DNA of 64,000 bases from Eledone cirrhosa (taxonomy: Eukaryota): contig OZ024740.1 in assembly GCA_964016885.1 (NCBI GenBank), positions 344,472,001 to 344,536,000 of the forward strand, given 5' to 3'. Shown one piece after another: positions 55,891 to 64,000 of the stretch (position 1 is the stretch's first letter; the number at the start of each line of letters is the position of its first letter). A model generated the notes under the pieces. The model made no database searches. It saw only the letters and a list, made by a program, of their open reading frames with translations, and was not told the DNA's origin. Made by a program: the position numbers and the translations under genes.

Positions 55891-55940
55891 GACATATATA
55901 TATATGTGTGTGTGTGTGTATATGTATATATGTATGTATG

Positions 55941-56011
<71 letters not shown>

Positions 56012-56856
56012 TTATATATGACTGATATGTTTTGTTTTTATCCGCGTGTAACTTTACTATTAATTACTACAGTAACGATACTCGCCCCTTCCTTAATATT
56101 AAATAACTGTTTACTTACCTGCTCATTACTTTCTCGCACATTCTCTCCCCCTTTTCTCTTTATTTGTATATATCCTTCTGCTCCCCCCACCTTACGTTCC
56201 GAGACATGCTCAGCTACTACACGCCAATTTTTGTCATCCCATTCTTTTCTTCAGCACCAGGCTTCGCAAGAGACAAGACATGTTTGTCTGTTCTCTTCTG
56301 CATTTACTCTTTTGGTAAAGTTTATATTCACCTCTTCTTGCATTACCATTTGCATCGTATCTGAAGTTGGTTTCAGTTGTAGGGCATGTAATTTCTTTTA
56401 AAGTCTAGTGTTCTCCATAGCTTTTTAATTGGTATTTAAACAGAAAATACAGAATACCGTTAAGGGTGAAAGCAGCGATTCTTTGATTAAACGTTAATCT
56501 GTTATTTTAATATATATATATATATATATATCGGGTAGTGTTTTTGATGCTCAGAGCGTGGGATTGGTCGAGTCCACGGCCTTTCCCCACTTAAAAAAAC
56601 CTTCAAAGCACAGGCATTGCTTGTTCAGGACATGTTACCAGTTTGTGTAGCTGGTGTAGCCACAAATTGCGTCAAACTCTTTTCTTCAAATTATTTCTCT
56701 CACTCTCCTCGACATTTCTATTTATCTCTCATTCTATCTGCTGAAGTATGACTACTCTCCGTTTTGTTAAAACCCTTTTCCTATTATAGGAAGCGTTATC
56801 CTTATATATCTTCATTGTACTGTATCTTTTGGGTGTGTTGCTTTTCGTTTGCCCTA

Positions 56857-56991
<135 letters not shown>

Positions 56992-57104
56992 TTTTCAATT
57001 TTTGTTTACAGACAGCGGAGAATTTGAAATAGATAGTGAAATTAGTGCCTCCGTTGTATTTTTGATTAAGTAAATTAGTCTAATAATTTGGAGGTATAAA
57101 AACC

Positions 57105-57250
57105 CACATGGTATCACAATGGCCATAGTAGCCAGAGATGTAAGTTCGTGTCCCATGTACGTCAATGCTCATTCATTTCTGTGGGTTTTTATAATTCCGA
57201 ATTATTAGGCTAATTTTCTTAGTCAAAAATACAACGGTGACACTATTTTC
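57105..57250 (+). mobile_element. S2 SINE, degenerate
   Basis: TCCCATGTACGTCAAT...AGGCTAATTTTCTTAGTCAAAAATAC is shared with 21630-21790. Confidence 0.7.
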
Positions 57251-57519
57251 ACTATCTAATATATACATACATATTAAGTGTGATATGAATAATTTTCACT
57301 ATGAAATGTGTTATAGTACATCGTCATTTATAAGCGAGAGTATTACTGAATTACACGCACATTCCCTTATATACACATACGTCTGCTCACAGCTTCGTAC
57401 TTACAAGCCAATACACACACTCTTTCACTTACATATACACACACATATCTTCATAGCTTCGAACGCACGTGTGATAACAAACACACACACAAATATATGC
57501 GCACACGTAGATCTCTATA

Positions 57520-57860
57520 TACAAAACGGTTTTTTTCTCTTTCAGATGGACGCGCTCCATCAACACCTTTTCAAAAAATCGTATATCATACACAAAACGC
57601 CAGCATCAATAGGTTTCCGAGAGATGGCAACATAAATGGACCTGTCATTTTTTATAAAACATTTTTTTTCCGTTTCCGGCCTGCCAGTCTCTTCAATCTT
57701 TCTATTTCTTCTTTAATTTGTCATTCTTTCTTCTGATGAAGAACAAGTGTCCGAAACGTTAAGATTCTTTTCCTACTATATCAAGCGCAAAACTAATTGT
57801 ATGTATTTTTGTTATTGTACCCTGTCGTTTGATTTGTTATTTCTGTTCACTTTTTGCACC
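57520..57860 (+). mobile_element. PLE pLTR fragment with minimal hammerhead at 57729-57764
   Basis: TCTT-CTGATGA-A-GAAC-AAGT-GTCC-GAAA-C-GTT-AAGA, with palindromic AACGTT stem III; pyrimidine-rich flanks. Confidence 0.6.
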
Positions 57861-57865
57861 ACGCA

Positions 57866-57910
<45 letters not shown>

Positions 57911-58058
57911 GTATAAAGAGAAAGAGATTTCCAGATTTGAGATAAGTAATTAGATAGATCAGTCTCCAGAATTTATTGTTCAAGACAGGAAAGGTAATGG
58001 AAGGAATTCGTTTATTATTGTGTGTATATGTGTGTGTTTGTGTGTATGTGTGTGCATG

Positions 58059-58144
<86 letters not shown>

Positions 58145-58498
58145 GTGGTTTACAGGGTTTTGAATACGAGGGTATATGTAGGTTTGACCTGTCGTTTCGT
58201 TTTATTTTTAGTTGCGTTTCATGTATTAAAACTTCATGTTTGTTAATAAACTCATATTCTATTGTTCCTCAATATGGTTTCTATTATTGAGCAATATTTA
58301 ATGTATTCATGTTTTTTTTTTATTATAGAATCATGAAATATCCTATCTACATATGCGATGAATTCGCAGTTTTAAAAATGTGGATAGACTGTCTCCCAGC
58401 GCTCTTAATTTAATCTCACTCAGATAAATTTTGTCCCTCATCCTTTCGAGTTCGATAAATTGAAGCCCAGGTTTGGGATCGATTCCAACCCCTTCTAT

Positions 58499-58564
<66 letters not shown>

Positions 58565-59568
58565 ATCGATCTATATATCTATCTATCTCTTTTGCACTTT
58601 CGCTCTCTCTAAATTTTTCTCAATGAAAAATATCGTTTGTCGTCAACCACATAATTATAAGGTGATATGTGTCACTAGATGTAAAATGCCTAAAATACGG
58701 TGCTTGTCACAAATGCCTCCTCGGCTTTTGGAACCATGGCCTGAAGAATGAATTGAATATGTCTTATATATATTTCTAACCTTTAAAGTTAACGGGTTAA
58801 CAAACATGTTACGCAAAATTAAGAACATATTCGAAGGACATATGCGCTGACAATAGAGAGGAAAAAAATGAAAAATGAAACTAGATCCTGATGGATAGAC
58901 TGATAGACAGTGATCAAAAGAGAAAATAGATGGAAACATAAGATGACAAATAAGAAAATTGAGATAATTTATATTCCTGACAACAATGTCGTTCTTATTA
59001 AGTATTTATTTTCTTGCTCAATTATATTCTCTTTAATAAGCGATAAAACAAAATATAATGTTTATAATGCTTATATGCTTATTCTACAAACTATCAAATC
59101 TATCTCTTTTCTCTACTTATCTATTTTTTTTTCTATTACTAAATTGCAAGCTATCAATTTTAAAATTGAGCTAAATATATGAACATATATATTTACTAAA
59201 ATTTAGGCATAGAGACAAACATACATAAATAAATATCGAAAATAAATGCATTGAAACCAGCTCGTATATGTAACTAGAAGAAGTATATATAATACAGTAC
59301 TCGTATAAACAATACTCTGGTGTTGTTATTGATTGTTCGCCTAATACTGATGGTATATTCCCAACAAAACTATAAATCCGTTCAGACTCAGAACATTTCA
59401 AACGATCATATTGGTACTACACCACCAAATATATATTGATTTCCAGATAAATTAACTATGGAGATATAAAAGATACAGAAGCAAAAACCAGCCCAAACAA
59501 AACAATGAGTGTGTTCTATTATTATTTCTGGCAATATTATAACAATATGACCCTCCCCAAATATAACA

Positions 59569-59610
<42 letters not shown>

Positions 59611-59794
59611 GAGAGAGAGAAAGAGAAAGAGATAGAAAGAGAGAAAGAGAAAGAGACAGATAGTTAGATAGATAGATAGAGAGAGAGAGAGAGACAGAGA
59701 TTAGAATTAGAACGTTTGCTCCGGCATAGCTGTAGACACGTGTATATACATCTCCATTTCTATATCCTCAAGTTAGCAAGAATTATTACCAATA

Positions 59795-59935
59795 ATATTG
59801 GAAAGTACTTGGCTTGTAGTTTTTTTAATCTGCCTCGGACGGATGAAGGGCTGCAAGTTTTTCGTAAAGGGACGTACCTCTATGCTGCGAAGCATCATGC
59901 CTGACGCACTACCGATACAGCCAATCCACCACCCT
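59795..59935 (-). mobile_element. Degenerate S1 SINE
   Basis: TACCGATACAGCCAATCCACCACC head (reverse complement). Confidence 0.65.
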
Positions 59936-60046
59936 ACTACTACTAATACTTTCTTTATAATTATTATTATTATTTCCTTTTTTAATTTTATTTAAAACGT
60001 TAAATCATTGCTATTATCAGAGAAATATATATCGATATTATTAATA

Positions 60047-60236
60047 TGGATTGGCAGTATCGGTAGGGGATCGGACGCCATGCTTTCCGACATAGAGTTA
60101 CGTCTCATCACGATCTGAGTTCAAATCCTGCCGAGGTAAACTTTGCCTTTCATCCTTACGGGGTCGATAAAATAAAGTACCAGTAATGCACTGGATAATT
60201 GCTGGCCTTGTGCCAAATGTAGAAACAATTATTATT
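60047..60236 (+). mobile_element. S1 SINE
   Basis: Near full-length match to the other copies. Confidence 0.9.
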
Positions 60237-60244
60237 AAATAGAT

Positions 60245-60346
60245 ATAGTAGTGGCAGCAGCAGCAGTAGTAGTAGTAGTAGTAGTAGTAATAATAATAAT
60301 ATTAGTGGTGGTGGTAGTAGTAGTAGTAGTGGTGGTGGTGGTGGTG

Positions 60347-60389
<43 letters not shown>

Positions 60390-60491
60390 CGGTAGTAGTA
60401 GTAGTAGTAGTAATAGTAATAGTAGTAGTAATAGTAGTGGTGGTGGTGGTGGTAGTAGTAGTAGTAGTAGTAATAGTAGTAGTAGTAATAA

Positions 60492-60539
<48 letters not shown>

Positions 60540-61260
60540 CCTTCATACTCTTGTCCTCTTTGGAATAAGAACTACCCCACTACTCCCACAATCACCATTG
60601 TAGTTATCGCCTCAGATACCTCACAACAGCACATCTATTATTATCAACATGATTTCCTTCTTCGTCACTAAGATCACCTTCATTACCCTCTTCAGCACTT
60701 CACCCTTCACATAATCATCTTCATTATCATAAACATCTCATCAGCATCATAGCCATCATAAATATCATCTAAACATCCACCACTACCAACATCACCATCA
60801 CAAACATAACCATCATCACAACTGTCACAAGCACCATCACCACCACCACAAACCATCACAATTTCCACCTCCTCCACGACCAGTACCACCACTAACACAA
60901 CCACATCCGCCATCACCACCACCACCACTACCACCAGCACCACCAACAGCAGCACCACTTCCACCAGCACCACAATCACCACCACCATAACGACCACCAT
61001 CGCCATAACCACTACCACCACCACCACCACCACCACTAACACAACCACATCGACCATCATCACCACCACAAGCATCAACACCACCAGCACCACCACCACT
61101 AACACAACCACATCCACCATCATCACCACCAACATCATCACCAGCACCAGCGTCACCACCACAACGACCACTACCAACAACAAAAACAACAACATAATCA
61201 ACAAGATCAAGAAATACAATTACAACTACAACAATAAAACCCTCATTACCATCATCTTCA
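60245..61260. repeat. (AGT/GGT)n tract followed by a degenerate (ACC)n tract
   Basis: Directly visible; sub-repeat ACCACCACTAACACAACCACATC occurs three times. Confidence 0.95.
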
Positions 61261-61457
61261 TCACCACCATTGCAATCATCAACTTCATCGTCATCTTCAT
61301 ATTCCATTGTTATTTTCATAAAAATATTAACGCTAGCCGAGGAATCAGGTTTATAAAGGAAGTGTATATAATATTCTTTCTGTATGTTCATATTCTCTTT
61401 CTTTGTCTTGTATTCAGTCTCTTTTTCACTTCCTCGATTGCTCTTTGTCTCTTCCTA

Positions 61458-61498
<41 letters not shown>

Positions 61499-62027
61499 AA
61501 CGGCCTGTTTTTCTTTCTTTCTCTTCTCTCTCGCTCTCTCAAAATATATTATATCACTCAATCTATTTAACTGCAGCTGCATTTGGCTTCGTCCTGTCAG
61601 TCAAGACATCTGCTCGTGATATGCAATGATAACATCCTTTTCTGAAATGATAGTCTCAGTGCCCAACCACATGCAGGTAAGTACGCTGTATTTTCCCCCT
61701 AAAGCTGGAGATTTGAGAGTGGTGAGGAGCCGAGAGCCGAGAGCCGAGAGCTGAGCACTGAGAGCTGAAAGAAGCCTTGCTCTATTCAGACAAGGACCAG
61801 CATCTTCCACAGCCCCCCCACACACACACACACAACACGCACTAACAGCATTACACAAAACCAACCCCATTTGTCCACACCAGCTACACCAGTACAACAA
61901 ACACCACGGCAAGCTTCAACCACCATCACCACCACAACGAAAATTACTAGATCTCTTGCAAGTGAAGGAGTCTTTACTTGATAAAAATAGCAGCATTATT
62001 ATTTAGAAATCATTATTATTTCAAATC

Positions 62028-62214
62028 GGTGGATTGGCAGTATCGGTAGAGGGTCGGACGCCATGCTTTGACGTATAGAGTTACGGCGCTTGCCATTCTG
62101 AATTCAAATCCCACCGAGGTTAACTTTGCCTTTCATCCTTACGGGGTCGATAAAATAAAGTACCAGTAATGCACTGGGTAATTGCTAGCCTTGTGCCAAA
62201 CGTAGAAACAATTG
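62028..62214 (+). mobile_element. S1 SINE with 12-bp TSD
   Basis: TSD TTATTTCAAATC at 62016-62027 and 62215-62226. Confidence 0.92.
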
Positions 62215-62701
62215 TTATTTCAAATCACATCTCTATTTTAGAACGAAAAAGACACGTTAGACTGTCGTTGTCATAAATATGTTCAAAAGATGGGATAGTC
62301 ACACCAGGAAAGCATTAAATCATATGGCTGTTCGGTCAGAGTTGACATGGAACTAAAGAACCAGAACAACGACAGCACCAACATCATTAATACCAACACT
62401 ACTACCACTAACTGAAGCATCACTACTACCATCCCTACAGTACCATCAGATATCATACGAGAAGGCCTCAATGTGAACACTTGATCTGCTAGACTATCAT
62501 ACAAATCTTGCTCTAATCACACCCTACCATCTTAAAAATAACACGGTGGGTAACATGGAAAGCCTTAGAACAGAGGTCTGTTCAATCAGGATTTACTTGG
62601 GCAAAATAATAACACCATTACCAACATTATCAACACCTCTAGCATTAACACCATCACAAACACAATAGCCACAATGAAAACATTACTATCACCACCACTA
62701 T

Positions 62702-62751
<50 letters not shown>

Positions 62752-63459
62752 CTATAACTACCAACATCATACCCATTATGAAAATCATCACTATCACAAA
62801 CAACATCAGTAACATTAGCATTTCTTACACGCCAACAGCGCCATGACCTACACCACAAACACTATTATAAACACTACTGTCACTACTAGTGTCAACATCC
62901 CCACTATTATCAATAACGCTCACCACCATTTCCAACAGTACCAAAACCACCGTCCCCACCACCACGATTAATATTACCACCAATAACAAATTAACACTAG
63001 CACCATTATCATCACTGTCCTTAACCACCATTGCCTTTAACGTCATGATTATAATTATAATCATGATAATGATCATTACGTTCATTATAGTTATAATCAT
63101 CATTACTAGAGTCAGGAAGAACAGCAGGGAAATAAATAAGCATGAAAAATAAAATTAAAATAAACATTAAATCACGCCAACAACATTTACAATAACAATA
63201 ATAACATCAACAACACCAACAATAATAGGAGAGAAGAATGAGTGAAAGGTGCATGCAGGACGCGGGAGGTTTAGAGTTAGAGCTGGCTAGATAGATGCAG
63301 GATGTAAGATATAGGATGTTGTAGCTCCTTGACACCAGATGGCATAGGCAATGAATGATCTTTCATTGAACTTGTCTACAGAAAGAACTCCAGGCTTCCC
63401 CGTCCGTCATCATCTCGAGTTGACATATTCCTTTTCCTTCTCGTATTTTTACCAACACC

Positions 63460-63826
63460 ACTAACAACAACAACAACAATAATAGCGACACAACTAGCAA
63501 CGCCACCACAACCAACTACTCCTCAACTTCCACCACCTCCATAAACACCACCACCACTACCACCACCACTACCACCACCACCAATAACAACAACAGCAAC
63601 AACAATAATAGCTGCACAACTAGCAACGCCACCACCACCACCAGCACCACCTTCACAACAACAACCAACATCATCATCATTGTCACCATCCCCATCAACT
63701 TCACCACCAGCTGCTGTATGGAAAATATCACAAAATACAACACTATCCTGAAAGGTAAAGCTTGGAAAACAAAACATGAAGATACGACTTATAACAACTG
63801 CAACTCTACTACTACTTCTGCTGCAG

Positions 63827-63873
<47 letters not shown>

Positions 63874-63913
63874 GCTACTGCTTCTCCTCCTGCTTCTCCT
63901 CCTGCTGCTGCTG

Positions 63914-63981
<68 letters not shown>

Positions 63982-64000
63982 GCTGCTGCTGCTCCTGCTG
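63460..64000. repeat. (ACC/AAC)n and (ACT)n/(GCT)n trinucleotide repeats
   Basis: Directly visible. Confidence 0.95.

Noticed and set aside
60235-61391. Mucin-like Thr-rich or Val/Gly-rich ORFs
   Set aside because: Degenerate trinucleotide repeats open on both strands, with no splice or domain evidence.

Overview
Eukaryotic (animal) non-coding DNA that is AT-rich and full of (TA)n, (CA)n, (GA)n, (ACAT)n and trinucleotide microsatellites. The SINE families and repeat landscape suggest an octopus or other cephalopod genome (inference). I find no convincing host protein-coding gene; nearly all long ORFs in the track are microsatellite translation artefacts. The centrepiece is a near-complete but disabled Penelope-like retroelement (PLE, Neptune-type) at 29061-35492. 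It has an upstream coiled-coil-like ORF1, an RT + Zn-linker + GIY-YIG ORF2, ~1.45 kb inverted pseudo-LTRs and a ~45 bp tail. Around it are many small non-autonomous PLE-derived modules inserted in (TA)n tracts. Several repeat the same fold-back + tail architecture, and several carry recognisable type I hammerhead ribozyme motifs (19116-19197, 19729-19771, 21466-21508, the 23602-23998 pair, 57729-57764). Also present: tRNA-derived SINEs (some with TSDs), RTE and CRE LINE fragments, mariner/Tc1, piggyBac-like and MULE-like relics, a hAT MITE with an 8-bp TSD, and a Helitron-like cluster. All folds and alignments were done by eye.
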